A DNA stretch of 64,000 bases from Nitrospirota bacterium. Lineage in GTDB: Bacteria; Nitrospirota; UBA9217. This document shows, piece by piece, positions 1-9,445 of this stretch. The position numbers and the translations under genes are program-made. The notes beneath the pieces were generated by a model. It made no database searches, had not been told where the DNA came from, and saw nothing but the letters and a program-made list of their open reading frames with translations. The stretch lies in contig CAWFSF010000002.1 in assembly GCA_963818475.1 (NCBI GenBank), forward strand, positions 640,001 through 704,000, read 5' to 3'. How positions within the stretch are numbered: the first letter of the stretch is position 1; the number at the start of each line of letters is the position of its first letter.

Positions 1-240
1 AGCAGCGCTCTTGTGGTCCTTGTTTGCTGCCTCCGACTTTCTGCTGCTTGTACTTCTAATATAGCACCGGTGGAACAATGCGGCCGGGAAATCCGACAGC
101 CCTCAATGCCAGTCAGCCGGATATTTTCATCATAAAGTACTAGACTTTTTTTTTGCCTCCATTGCTTGTAGGGGCAGGTTTTAAACCTGCCCTTACCCAT
201 GCGGCAGTCGCTTCACACAGCGGAGCTTTGCCCCCGAAAT

Positions 241-269
241 TTGACTCAGCAAAGTACGCGTGATACTAT
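241..269 (+). promoter_or_regulatory. sigma70-type promoter for the ABC operon, probably giving a leaderless mRNA
   Basis: TTGACT(241-246)-17 bp-TACTAT(264-269) with TG extension at 261-262; ATG 277 lies 7 nt after the -10 box with no SD. Confidence 0.6.
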
Positions 270-276
270 TGCATCC

Positions 277-958
277 ATGCCGATCCTTGAGACGCGCAGC
301 ATCTCCAAGACCTATACTGCAGGCGAGCCGGAAGATCGCGGTGCTCGACTCGGTCTCCCTTGCGGTGGCAGACGGCGAGTTCCTCGTGGTCCAGGGCGAG
401 AGCGGCAGCGGTAAGTCGACGCTGCTGTCGATCCTGTCGGGCTTGGACAGCGTGGACAGCGGCACGGTCCTGATCGACGGCAGGGACATTACCGATTGCT
501 CGGAGGACGATCTGGCGCCGCTCCGGAACAGCTTCTTCGGCTTCGTGTTCCAGTCCTTCCACCTCGTCCCGTCGCTCACGGCTTTGGAGAACATCATGTT
601 CCCCGCCGAGCTGCGGGGTGACGTCCGCGCTCAGGAAAAGGCGGAGGAGCTGCTGCGCCGCGTGGGGCTGTCGGACCGCGGAGCAAGCTTCCCCCACCAG
701 CTCTCGGGCGGCGAGAAGCAGCGCTGCGCCATCTGCCGCGCGCTGGTGAACGGCCCGCGGATCATCTTTGCCGACGAGCCCACGGGCAACCTCGATTCCA
801 TGAACGGCGCCGCCGTGCTCGATCTGCTCCTGGAGCTCCACCGCGAGCGCAACACCACACTGGTCCTGGTCACGCACAGCCGGGAAATAGCGGCAAAAGC
901 CGGGCGCGTCGTGCTGCTCCGCGACGGACGGATCGCTTCGGGCAGCGGCCATGCGTAA
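277..958 (+). CDS. ybbA: ABC transporter ATP-binding protein (YbbA/LolD-like); +1 frameshift near 326, likely sequencing error
   Basis: Walker A GESGSGKST, signature LSGGEKQR, ADEPTGNLD, VTH. The N-terminus MPILETRSISKTYTAG (ATG 277) is in another frame from RKIAVLDSVSL. Confidence 0.85.
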
Positions 959-3443
959 GATCCCCCTGGTCCGGCGCCAGCTCACCGGTTCCCGGCACCA
1001 GGCAGCGATCTTCGTTCTCTGCGTGGCCCTCTCGCTCGTGACCCTCGTCTCGCTCAGCGGGTTCAGCCAAAGCGTCCACTCGTCTTTTCTGAAGGACGCC
1101 CGTGCGCTCCATGCCGCCGACATCATCATCCACGCCCATTCCCCTTTCTCGGAACCGCTGCGGCGGCAACTGTCAGTCATGGAAAAAGAGCGCGTAGTCG
1201 CCAGCGCGCGCGTTCATGAGTTTTACTCGATTGTCCGGACTCCAATTGGTGATGCGTCGCTCCTGGCGAACCTGAAGGCCGCCGATCCGGGCTATCCCTT
1301 CTACGGGAGCGTGCAGCTTGCGTCGGGAAGGCAATTCAACGACGTCCTGAGGCCTGGCAGGATTATCGTTGAGCAGGCATTGCTCGACCGGCTTCACCTG
1401 AAGATCGGCGACCGGGTCAGCATAGGCAGGGCGGCTTTCACGATCAGCGATACTGTTCTGATGGAGCCTGACCGGCCGGTCAACTTTTTCTCGCTCGGCC
1501 CGCGCGTCTTCATCCCTGGCAGCGAACTCGCCTTTCTTGATCTCGTGGGCAAAGGAAGCCGCGTGAACTACACCATCCTCGTCAAGGTCATGGACCAGAA
1601 GGACCTGGACAGGATCGCGCTCCGCCTCAAGGCCGCTTCCCTGCCTGACCGTGAACGGGTCGAGACCTACCGGACCGCTGATTCAGGAGTTAAGCGCTTC
1701 TTTGACAATTTTCTTTTTTTCCTGAACCTCATCGGTATCTTTACGCTGCTTTTGGCAGGCATCGGCATCCAAAGCTCGCTCACCGCCTTTCTGAAAGAAC
1801 AGGAGCGGACCATTGCCGTCATGAAGGCCGTCGGCGCCGGAAGCTTCTTCATCATCAGGAATTATTTTCTCCTGGTCTCGGTCCTCGGTTTGATCGGCAC
1901 GCTCACAGGGCTCGGCGCAAGCGTGCTGCTCGGGCGGTTTCTGCCCGGCCTGTTCCAGGGCCTCCTTCCCGCCAGCATCGAACTTACCATATCAGGGGCG
2001 GCAATTGCCGAAGGGGTCGTTCTCGGGTTTGTGGTCGTGGTCCTCTTTACGATCATCCCCCTGCTCAGGCTCAAGGAAGTGAGGCCGCGGGCCATCTTCA
2101 ACAAGGTCGAACAGGAGGGACGGAAGGCCTACACCTGGCTGCTTGCCGGCGCCATTGCTGTTTTCTTTTCCGGCATGGTGCTCTGGCGGCTGCAGGAGGT
2201 GCGGACCGGGGCCTATTTCGTGCTCGGCGTGGCGACGCTCATTCTCGCCTCCCTTGCCTGCGCTGCCGCCATCCTCCGGCTTCTGCGGAAGCGCCGCCCA
2301 GGGAACCTCGTGCTGCGTCAGGCATTGAAAGGGCTGTTCCGGCCGCAGAACGCCACCCGCGCCATCATGGTGACGCTCGCTGCTTCGCTTGCCGTGATCT
2401 TCTCGATCACCCTCGTTGAAAAGAACCTTGATGCGACCTTTGTCAGCTCCTATCCCCCTGACTCGCCGAACGTTTTTTTCATCGACATCCAGCAGGCGCA
2501 GCAAAAAAGCTTTGCAGAAGAGCTCGGCATGCCTGCTATTTTTTATCCCCTGGTCAGGGGGACGGTCATGGCGATCAACGATGTCACGATCGACCGCGAA
2601 CAGGAGCAAAAGAAGCGGGGCGACAACCTCGGCCGCGAGTTCAGCCTCACCTATCGGGACAGCCTGCTGGATGACGAGCGGATCGTGTCGGGGAAATCGC
2701 TCTATCAAAAGGACTGGCAGGGGCCGCAGGTCTCGGTCCTCGACACGGTGGTCAAGATGCAGGATATGAAGGTAGGCGACAAGATAACCTTCCGCATCCA
2801 GGGCATCCCGGTCGAAGCGCGGATATCGAGCATCAGGACGAGGACAAAGGCGTCGCTCCAGCCCTTCTTCTACTTTGTCTTTCCCGCTGAGGTGCTGCAG
2901 GACGCGCCCCAGACGCTCTTCACCGCCTTGCGCGTCGAAAAGGGGCGCATTCCCCTGCTCCAGAACCGCATCGTAACGGCCTTCCCGAACGTGAGCGTCA
3001 TCGATGTGACCGAGACCATCGCCTCCTTCTCGAAGATCATGGCGCGGCTTTCGACGATCGTCAACTTCTTCACCCTCTTCAGCGTCGTGGCCGGCATCCT
3101 GATCATCATCAGCTCCGTCTTCGCCACGCGCTACACGCGGATCCAGGAGGCGGTCTTTTACACCATCCTCGGCGCCCGGGGAAGGTTCGTGCTTGCGGTC
3201 TTTGGCGTGGAAAGCCTGCTTATCGGGCTTGCCAGCGCCGGCATCGCCCTGGCGCTTGCCCAGACGACCGGCTGGATCGTCTGCACCTATGCGCTCGAGA
3301 TCGAGTACCAGCCGTTCATCGGCACGAGCCTGCTCATGGCGCTTTCGACCATGCTCATGGTCGTTGTCGTGGGCCTGGGGGCAGCGGTCCCGATCCTGCG
3401 CCAGAAACCGGCGGCGTTCCTGCGGGAGCAGGCGGAGGAATGA
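951..3443 (+). CDS. ybbP: ABC transporter permease, YbbP/FtsX family (two MacB-FtsX repeats)
   Basis: 830 aa, YPFYG motif, PNVFFIDIQ, two TM clusters; overlaps the ATPase stop and is followed by an arylesterase. Confidence 0.85.
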   Translation: MRKIPLVRRQLTGSRHQAAIFVLCVALSLVTLVSLSGFSQSVHSSFLKDARALHAADIIIHAHSPFSEPLRRQLSVMEKERVVASARVHEFYSIVRTPIGDASLLANLKAADPGYPFYGSVQLASGRQFNDVLRPGRIIVEQALLDRLHLKIGDRVSIGRAAFTISDTVLMEPDRPVNFFSLGPRVFIPGSELAFLDLVGKGSRVNYTILVKVMDQKDLDRIALRLKAASLPDRERVETYRTADSGVKRFFDNFLFFLNLIGIFTLLLAGIGIQSSLTAFLKEQERTIAVMKAVGAGSFFIIRNYFLLVSVLGLIGTLTGLGASVLLGRFLPGLFQGLLPASIELTISGAAIAEGVVLGFVVVVLFTIIPLLRLKEVRPRAIFNKVEQEGRKAYTWLLAGAIAVFFSGMVLWRLQEVRTGAYFVLGVATLILASLACAAAILRLLRKRRPGNLVLRQALKGLFRPQNATRAIMVTLAASLAVIFSITLVEKNLDATFVSSYPPDSPNVFFIDIQQAQQKSFAEELGMPAIFYPLVRGTVMAINDVTIDREQEQKKRGDNLGREFSLTYRDSLLDDERIVSGKSLYQKDWQGPQVSVLDTVVKMQDMKVGDKITFRIQGIPVEARISSIRTRTKASLQPFFYFVFPAEVLQDAPQTLFTALRVEKGRIPLLQNRIVTAFPNVSVIDVTETIASFSKIMARLSTIVNFFTLFSVVAGILIIISSVFATRYTRIQEAVFYTILGARGRFVLAVFGVESLLIGLASAGIALALAQTTGWIVCTYALEIEYQPFIGTSLLMALSTMLMVVVVGLGAAVPILRQKPAAFLREQAEE

Positions 3444-3481
3444 AATAAGAAGCTGAATACTGCTCAAACCGGAAAGCATAT

Positions 3482-3590
3482 TCTCGCGGAGGCGCGGAGA
3501 TCGCGGAGAACGTCAACGACTGGGAATATGGTTTAAAACTAAAACAGGAGAGATTGTTTTTCTCCGCGTACTCTGCGTCTCCGCGTGAGA
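3482..3590. repeat. Intergenic inverted element of 9-nt tandem units (CGCGGAGnn), family B copy 1
   Basis: Left arm TCTCGCGGAGGCGCGGAGATCGCGGAGAA is the imperfect inverse of right arm TTCTCCGCGTACTCTGCGTCTCCGCGTGAGA. Confidence 0.75.
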
Positions 3591-3643
3591 CGCCTTTTGG
3601 TATGCGCTTTTTGTTTCGGCTTGTCCTGGTTTGGAGGAAAATA

Positions 3644-4315
3644 ATGAAAATCTCTTTGATCCGTCAGACATACCTCATTCTTGCCCTGTGCATGCTGCTC
3701 GCTGGCAACGCAGCGCAGAGCGAGGCAGCGCCTTCTTCAGAGCCGCGGTCCAAAGGCATCATCGTTGCCGTAGGCGACAGCCTCACGGCCGGACTCGGCG
3801 TGAACGAAGAGGAAGCCTATCCAGCGCTTCTCGAAAAAAAGCTGCGGCAAGCGGGATATGACTGGAAGGTCGTCAATGCGGGCATCAGCGGCGAAACGAG
3901 CAGCGGCACGCTCTCGCGCATCAACTGGGTGATGAAGCTCAGGCCGGACATCGTTATCCTCGAGACCGGGGCCAATGACGGCTTGCGCGGCATTGATCCG
4001 GCCGTGACCAGGAAGAACATCGACGAAACGATCCGCATCCTGAAGCAGCAGAACGTAACGGTGGTCCTTGCCGGCATGCAGATGGTCAGGAACCTGGGCC
4101 AGAAGTTCACGCAAGACTTTGCGGACATCTATCCCTCTCTGGCAAAGAAGCACGGCCTGATCCTGGTCCCCTTCTTTTTACAGGGTGTGGCCGGCAACCC
4201 ATCCCTGAACCAGGCTGACGGTATCCATCCCACGGCAGAGGGCTACCGCATCATAACGGAAAAGATCTACCCCTTTGCACGCAAGGCGATCGATGGGAAC
4301 AAGAAGCGCTTGTAG
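3644..4315 (+). CDS. tesA: Arylesterase / acyl-CoA thioesterase I (SGNH/GDSL hydrolase) with signal peptide
   Basis: GDSLT, NAGISGET, GANDG and DGIHP blocks; SD GGAGG before ATG 3644. Confidence 0.88.
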   Translation: MKISLIRQTYLILALCMLLAGNAAQSEAAPSSEPRSKGIIVAVGDSLTAGLGVNEEEAYPALLEKKLRQAGYDWKVVNAGISGETSSGTLSRINWVMKLRPDIVILETGANDGLRGIDPAVTRKNIDETIRILKQQNVTVVLAGMQMVRNLGQKFTQDFADIYPSLAKKHGLILVPFFLQGVAGNPSLNQADGIHPTAEGYRIITEKIYPFARKAIDGNKKRL

Positions 4316-4402
4316 ATGCTCCCGCGAGCGTGCCAACCTCCAGAAGGTATCCGGGAATTCAGGATACCTGGGGATTGCTTTAGCAGAAGGCCTTTAATCC
4401 TT

Positions 4403-4744
4403 TTATTTCTTCTCTTCCACCTTCAAGAGACTCTTGACGGATTTAACACCCTTAATTTCCTTGATCTTTTCGACAAGCCGCGCTTCGGTGTCTCTGCTGT
4501 TCACAAAACCCTGGAGAACAACCTCTCCCTGCGTTGTCGTCACATCGATCTTCAGAAAATTGGCATCGGGGTCTTTAATTACTATCGCGTTAACTTTTGT
4601 CGAAATCGTTGAGTCGTCTATATATTCACCCGTTGATTCGCCTTTGAGTGTGGCGCACCCCGAAAGCAGGGCCAACCCAATAACCATTAATACTGCCGAC
4701 AAAAAGACCTTCTTCATTCCTGCCAACATAACAATCTTCTTCAT
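4403..4744 (-). CDS. BON-domain lipoprotein (OsmY-like)
   Basis: Lipobox LSGC, DDSTISTKV, IDVTTTQGEVVLQGFV; SD GAGGAGG before ATG 4744. Confidence 0.85.
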   Translation of the reverse strand: MKKIVMLAGMKKVFLSAVLMVIGLALLSGCATLKGESTGEYIDDSTISTKVNAIVIKDPDANFLKIDVTTTQGEVVLQGFVNSRDTEARLVEKIKEIKGVKSVKSLLKVEEKK

Positions 4745-4870
4745 GTCGCTCCTCCTCACTTTAGCTTTTCGGTTAAAAAAAGTGTGTTTGAAACTTCGTC
4801 GAGATCAACAGATCATAACACCAACTCCAATTGACAACGCAGTATTGTCAAAATCTTTGCCACGCTCAAG

Positions 4871-5032
4871 TTACGGATGCGGAGGCATGGGCACGTGCCC
4901 TGGTCCAGGTAAGTGCCCCGGTCTCGGTCCTCCTGGAAAACATGATGAAAGACCAAGTGATGACGCAAAGATAAGCAATACCATTAATATCCATATCTTT
5001 TTCATGAATCCACGTAGTACATTTTTTTTCAT
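4871..5032 (-). CDS. Small Pro/Gly/His-rich lipoprotein, 53 aa (not in ORF track)
   Basis: Manual translation MKKNVLRGFMKKIWILMVLLIFASSLGLSSCFPGGPRPGHLPGPGHVPMPPHP*; SD AAGGAG 7 nt upstream; lipobox LSSC. Confidence 0.7.
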   Translation of the reverse strand: MKKNVLRGFMKKIWILMVLLIFASSLGLSSCFPGGPRPGHLPGPGHVPMPPHP

Positions 5033-5466
5033 TTTATTTCTCCTTTTTTGTTATTACGTTTCGGATTCTTTCGCACGAAAGCACTCAAGTTGCTGTCCTT
5101 TGTAAATGGCCCTTTTTTCTATTTTTTTTATTTTAGCACTTTTGATGGTGACAAGCCCCGCGCGTCAGGCGCGTGTTAAACTATTCAAACCTTATCATTC
5201 CAGCCCCCCGCGCTTTACTGCACTTATCTGTATGCTTTATGGCTTTTCTCCGAGCTTTCAAGGTAAAAATGCACCCAAAGTATACATAAAAGCAGAACCG
5301 GTCCTCGTATTTTCAGGTACTTATATAAACACGTTGCCGGAGGGGACAGTTTTATTATTCGAATAATCATGATAAGCGAAGGGATCTGTTTCCTTAGGGA
5401 GCAAAGTCATAGGAAAGTCCAGTTTCAATTAACAGGAACTGGCTGAAAAATTGAGCTTCCCGTCCG

Positions 5467-5481
5467 CGGCATGGAACTTGC
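5467..5481 (+). promoter_or_regulatory. sigma54 (-24/-12) promoter, distal copy
   Basis: CGGCATGGAACTTGC: GG-N10-GC spacing with TTGC at -12. Confidence 0.6.
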
Positions 5482-5839
5482 CTTTTCATGCACTGAACAG
5501 AACAAGAGCGACGTCTTCAAGAAGCAAATCCTGAATCCTTAAGGCAATGAATCCTCACGTGAGTGGCCCGTTTTATCCCCGGGATATTCTAGCTCATGGA
5601 AAAAGGTCTACACGCAGCAAATATGCGGGCATTCCAACGAAAGTTGTATCCAAAGTTTACAGTTTTTTTTGACAGGCCCTTTAATTTCCAATGAGTTAAG
5701 CAAATTGCTCCCCAAATGGACAGTGCAATGAATGATAAAAAATAGGAACAAAGCCGTTTCTGTTTCCGGAAGAAGCAATCCGATTACGACGCGAATAGCA
5801 GAAGAAGACAAAGGGCTGATAAATTGAGTTTCTCAAGTT

Positions 5840-5854
5840 CGGCATTGAACTTGC
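5840..5854 (+). promoter_or_regulatory. sigma54 (-24/-12) promoter of the flp/tad operon
   Basis: CGGCATTGAACTTGC, GG-N10-GC, about 130 nt upstream of the flp start. Confidence 0.7.
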
Positions 5855-5986
5855 TATTTAGGCTACTACAAGAGCTTGAACGAAGGCAATGAGGTCCCCG
5901 GCATGTGCGGGAAAATAGAATAGCAGATTTCAGACAAGCCGGCTGTTGAGACCGGCTTATTTCAACTGTGAAAGGAGGTGAAGGAC

Positions 5987-6172
5987 ATGATAATGAATAT
6001 GATGAGGTATATGCTCGGGAAGCTGAAAGTACAAAGAGGCGCTACGGCTGTTGAATACGCACTGATGGTCGCTCTTATTGCCGCCGTCATTGTTGGTACC
6101 GTAGGGTTGCTGGGTACCACGGTTGACGGTATCTTTGACGGGATTGTGGAGAAATTGGCCCCAGCAGAGTGA
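5987..6172 (+). CDS. flp: Flp family type IVc pilin
   Basis: G|ATAVEYAL cleavage and E5/Y6 motif followed by a hydrophobic helix; SD AAGGAGG. Confidence 0.92.
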   Translation: MIMNMMRYMLGKLKVQRGATAVEYALMVALIAAVIVGTVGLLGTTVDGIFDGIVEKLAPAE

Positions 6173-6219
6173 TCTGACTCCTCGGCCGAAACGCCATTCA
6201 TGCCGGCTAGTGTAACTCA

Positions 6220-6258
6220 CGGGAGAGATGCATCGGAGATGCATTTCTCCCGGATTTT
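6220..6258 (+). terminator. Stem-loop after flp (partial terminator or mRNA stabiliser)
   Basis: 15-bp stem CGGGAGAGATGCATC/GATGCATTTCTCCCG followed by a short T run. Confidence 0.65.
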
Positions 6259-6294
6259 AAGAAAAAAATCCTGTCTGATACGTGGGGGTGTGCG

Positions 6295-7158
6295 GTGAAA
6301 CGATATAAACCAGTCATTCTAATTGTCCTGACCGTGCTGGTCGCTCTGGCCACGAGTTTAATGACCTACCGATGGCTTAAGGCAAGGTCCGCCTATGGCG
6401 CCCAGGGAACGGGGACCGTAAACGTGGCAGTGGCAGTAACGGACCTGGACTGGGGAACGATCATAAAACCGGAGATGGTAAAGATCGTTCCGTTCCTGAA
6501 GGGGAGCCTGACCTCCGGTTTCTTTCCGGACCCGGCCTCTGTTGCGGGACGCGTTGTCATCACCCCTGTAAAGGCAGGTGAACCCATATTTGCATCGCGC
6601 CTGGCCTCTTCGGACGTGACGCGCGGCGGAGTTGCCGCCGTGATATCCGAAAACAAGCGGGCCATGGGCGTGAAAGTTGACAAAGTGAAGGGTGTATCGG
6701 GCTTCATCCATCCGGGAAACAGGGTGGACGTTGTCGCCACCTTCAAGCCGGCGCATTCAAGGGCGCCGGTAACCATGACCGTGATCGAAAATGTCCCTGT
6801 TCTCGCAGTGGGCACGGAAACGGAGCTCAAGAACAAGCAGGAAAAACCCTCTGATGTGGATGTGATCACGCTCGAAGTGACGCCCGAGGAGGCCGAAGTG
6901 CTCGCCCTCGCCGCGGCGGAAGGGAAGCTGCAGCTCTCCCTCAGAAATTTCAGCGATACTAAAAATGTCTCTACGAGCGGGGCCACCGTGCAGTCGCTCA
7001 TCAGTCTTTTAAGCGGCAAAGACGCTGCGCCCGTGCGAAGAACAGTCCGTCGGGGAAAAGGCTCGGACGTAAAACCAGCCTACTCCGCATACGCAAAGGT
7101 CCAGTTGATAGAAGGCCAGAAAGTTCAGGACGTGAACTTCAAGAAAAGAAGGGAGTGA
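6295..7158 (+). CDS. cpaB: Flp pilus assembly protein CpaB/RcpC
   Basis: N-terminal TM, SAF domain, KRAMGVKVDKVKGVSGFIHPGNRVDV, ITLEVTPEEAE. Confidence 0.9.
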   Translation: MKRYKPVILIVLTVLVALATSLMTYRWLKARSAYGAQGTGTVNVAVAVTDLDWGTIIKPEMVKIVPFLKGSLTSGFFPDPASVAGRVVITPVKAGEPIFASRLASSDVTRGGVAAVISENKRAMGVKVDKVKGVSGFIHPGNRVDVVATFKPAHSRAPVTMTVIENVPVLAVGTETELKNKQEKPSDVDVITLEVTPEEAEVLALAAAEGKLQLSLRNFSDTKNVSTSGATVQSLISLLSGKDAAPVRRTVRRGKGSDVKPAYSAYAKVQLIEGQKVQDVNFKKRRE

Positions 7159-8603
7159 ATAGGGTCATGATAAAAAGCGCGCGCCGCGGGGTTTGTGTAA
7201 CCGTCTTTATAATTGCTTTGGCATACAGCGTCCTTGCCGGTCAGGCCGGGGCGAAAGAGTCCGCAATCAAGCTCGATACGACAACACCGCAAAAAATAAG
7301 CCTTATGGCGGGAAAATCCCTCGTCATCGAGAGCCCCATGGCGGTAAAGAGAGTTTCCCTGGCCGCACCCGCGTTAGCGGACGCCATCATACTCAGCACC
7401 CGGCAGATCTATCTTACCGGGAAAGCGGCGGGCATGACCAATCTGACCCTCTGGGAAAACGATGACAATTTTACGACCTTCGACCTCGAAGTGTATCCGG
7501 ACATGGTGCGCCTCAAGGAGAAGCTCCATGAAATACTTCCCCAGGAGGAGAACATAAAGGTTTCCTACTCCCACGATTCGATCATTCTTTCGAACACGAT
7601 CTCGAATGCAGCCAACCTCTCGCGGGCGCTGGCCGTGGCCGAGCCTTTCGGCAAGGTGGTCAACCTGCTCGAGGTGGGAGGCGTCCAGCAGGTGATGCTC
7701 GAAGTGAGGGTCTCCGAGGTGCAGCGAAGCACCATGAAGAAGCTCGGCATCAATTTCGGCGGGGTGGGGGCAAGCGGAAAACAGTTCGGCGTTTCCCTGC
7801 TCGGCAACCTCACCAGCATCGGACGCGAGTTTCCGGCGGGATCGGAGGCGATACGTGGTCGCCCCGGGAAATTTCAATGTGACCTCGAGTGTGAACGGCA
7901 TCTTCCGGTTCCTGCATGACGGCGCACCTGGACCGGCTTCATAGACGCCCTGCGGGAAGAGGGCTTGCTCACCGTCCTTGCAGAGCCGACGCTCACCACC
8001 CTGAGCGGCCAGATGGCGAGCTTCAACGCCGGCGGCGAAGTGCCGATCCCCGAATCCGGCGGTCTGGGCACGACAACTATCACCTACAAGAAATTCGGCG
8101 TGGGGCTCAACTTTACCCCGACGGTCCAGAGTGACGGCAGGATCTCGATGCAGGTAGCGCCGCGGGTGTCGGAACTCGATTTCACCAACGCCATCCAGTC
8201 GCAGGGCTTCCTGATCCCGGCCTTCACGGAGCGTGAGGTCTCCACGGTCATCGAGCTCGGCGACGGCCAGAGCTTCGCCATAGCAGGGCTTTTAAGCAAC
8301 AATGTGACCGAAGTGGTCTCCAAGTTCCCGGTTCTCGGCGATATTCCGATCCTCGGGGCGCTGTTTAGAAGCAGCTCTTTTAGAAAGAACGAGAGCGAAC
8401 TGGTGGTGATCGTCACGCCCCATCTGGTAAAACCGCTCGACATGAGCAAACAAACGCTGCCGACGGACAAATACAGCGACCCGGGCGACTTCAAGTTCTA
8501 TCTTCTGGGCGACCTCTCGGGAAAACCGAAGGAGCGCGCCTCTTCCGTGCCGGTCGGCAAAAAGGGTTTTGACGGCGAAGTGGGCCATATCGTTCTGCAG
8601 TAG
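7155..8603 (+). CDS. cpaC: Tad secretin CpaC/RcpA; split by two frameshifts near 7855 and 7925
   Basis: QQVMLEVRVSEV in the first ORF; bridging frame NFNVTSSVNGIFRFLHDG; then WTGFIDAL..LAEPTL..GGEVPIP..GDIPILGALFRS..ELVVIVTPHLV. Confidence 0.88.
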
Positions 8604-8694
8604 AACAGGCGGTGTTCTGCGCTTTCGGTATCGGACTTCATATTGCGGTACAACCAGGAAACGACAAACTGCTTTTCGGATGCGGGAGGAAGAG

Positions 8695-9006
8695 ATGCAA
8701 AAAAAATATTATGCAACAGTCGTTGTCTTGATCATGCTGGCTACGGGCGGGTGCGGCCATTACGGAGCACTGGAAGAGGATTACGGCAAATCGTTCAACC
8801 AGGCGAAGGCCGGTCAGATCCTGAACCCCCAGGCCTCGAAGAACCTGCAGCCCGTTACCGGGCTTTCCGGCGAGGCTGCGGCGGCGAGCGAGGCAAAATA
8901 TCTTCAGAGCTTCGGCAAGACCTCTCAGAAGCCGGCCTCGAAGAGTTTCGTGGTGCCGGTGATTCCCGGAGGAGCAGGAGCGGGACAAGATGCGTACGGT
9001 AAATAG
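8695..9006 (+). CDS. Tad-associated lipoprotein (pilotin/CpaD-like accessory)
   Basis: Signal peptide with TGGC lipobox; DYGKSF..QILNP motif; sits between secretin and tadE; SD GGAGG. Confidence 0.7.
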   Translation: MQKKYYATVVVLIMLATGGCGHYGALEEDYGKSFNQAKAGQILNPQASKNLQPVTGLSGEAAAASEAKYLQSFGKTSQKPASKSFVVPVIPGGAGAGQDAYGK

Positions 9007-9430
9007 AGAAAAAGGCGCCTCGGCCGTAGAGTTTGCTCTGGTGTTGCCGGTGCTCATGCTGGTCCTCTTCGGGATCATCGAGTTCGGATTTATCCTCTAC
9101 GACAAGGCGGTCATCACGAACGCGAGCAGGGAGGGTGCCCGAAAAGGTATAGCCTTCCGCCAGGACGCCACCGGCATTCTCGCCGTGTCGGAAACGGAGA
9201 TCACGAGCACAGTTGCCGGCTATACCGGGACCTATCTCGTCTCGCTCGGAAGCGTACTACCCGCACCCGTGACAAACGTTTCGGGAAATTGCTCGATTGC
9301 GAACAGTGCTCTTACCGTAACGGTGTCCTATCCCTATACGTTTTTGGTGCTGCCGAGCTTTGCCTCCAGCCTGACCGGCGGCATCATGTTGAATGCGGTG
9401 ACCGTGATGAATTGCGAATATCAAAATTAA
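8990..9430 (+). CDS. tadE: TadE-like pseudopilin
   Basis: KG|ASAVEFALVLP, NASREGAR. Confidence 0.9.
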   Translation: MRTVNREKGASAVEFALVLPVLMLVLFGIIEFGFILYDKAVITNASREGARKGIAFRQDATGILAVSETEITSTVAGYTGTYLVSLGSVLPAPVTNVSGNCSIANSALTVTVSYPYTFLVLPSFASSLTGGIMLNAVTVMNCEYQN

Positions 9431-9445
9431 TGACCGGAAAATGCT

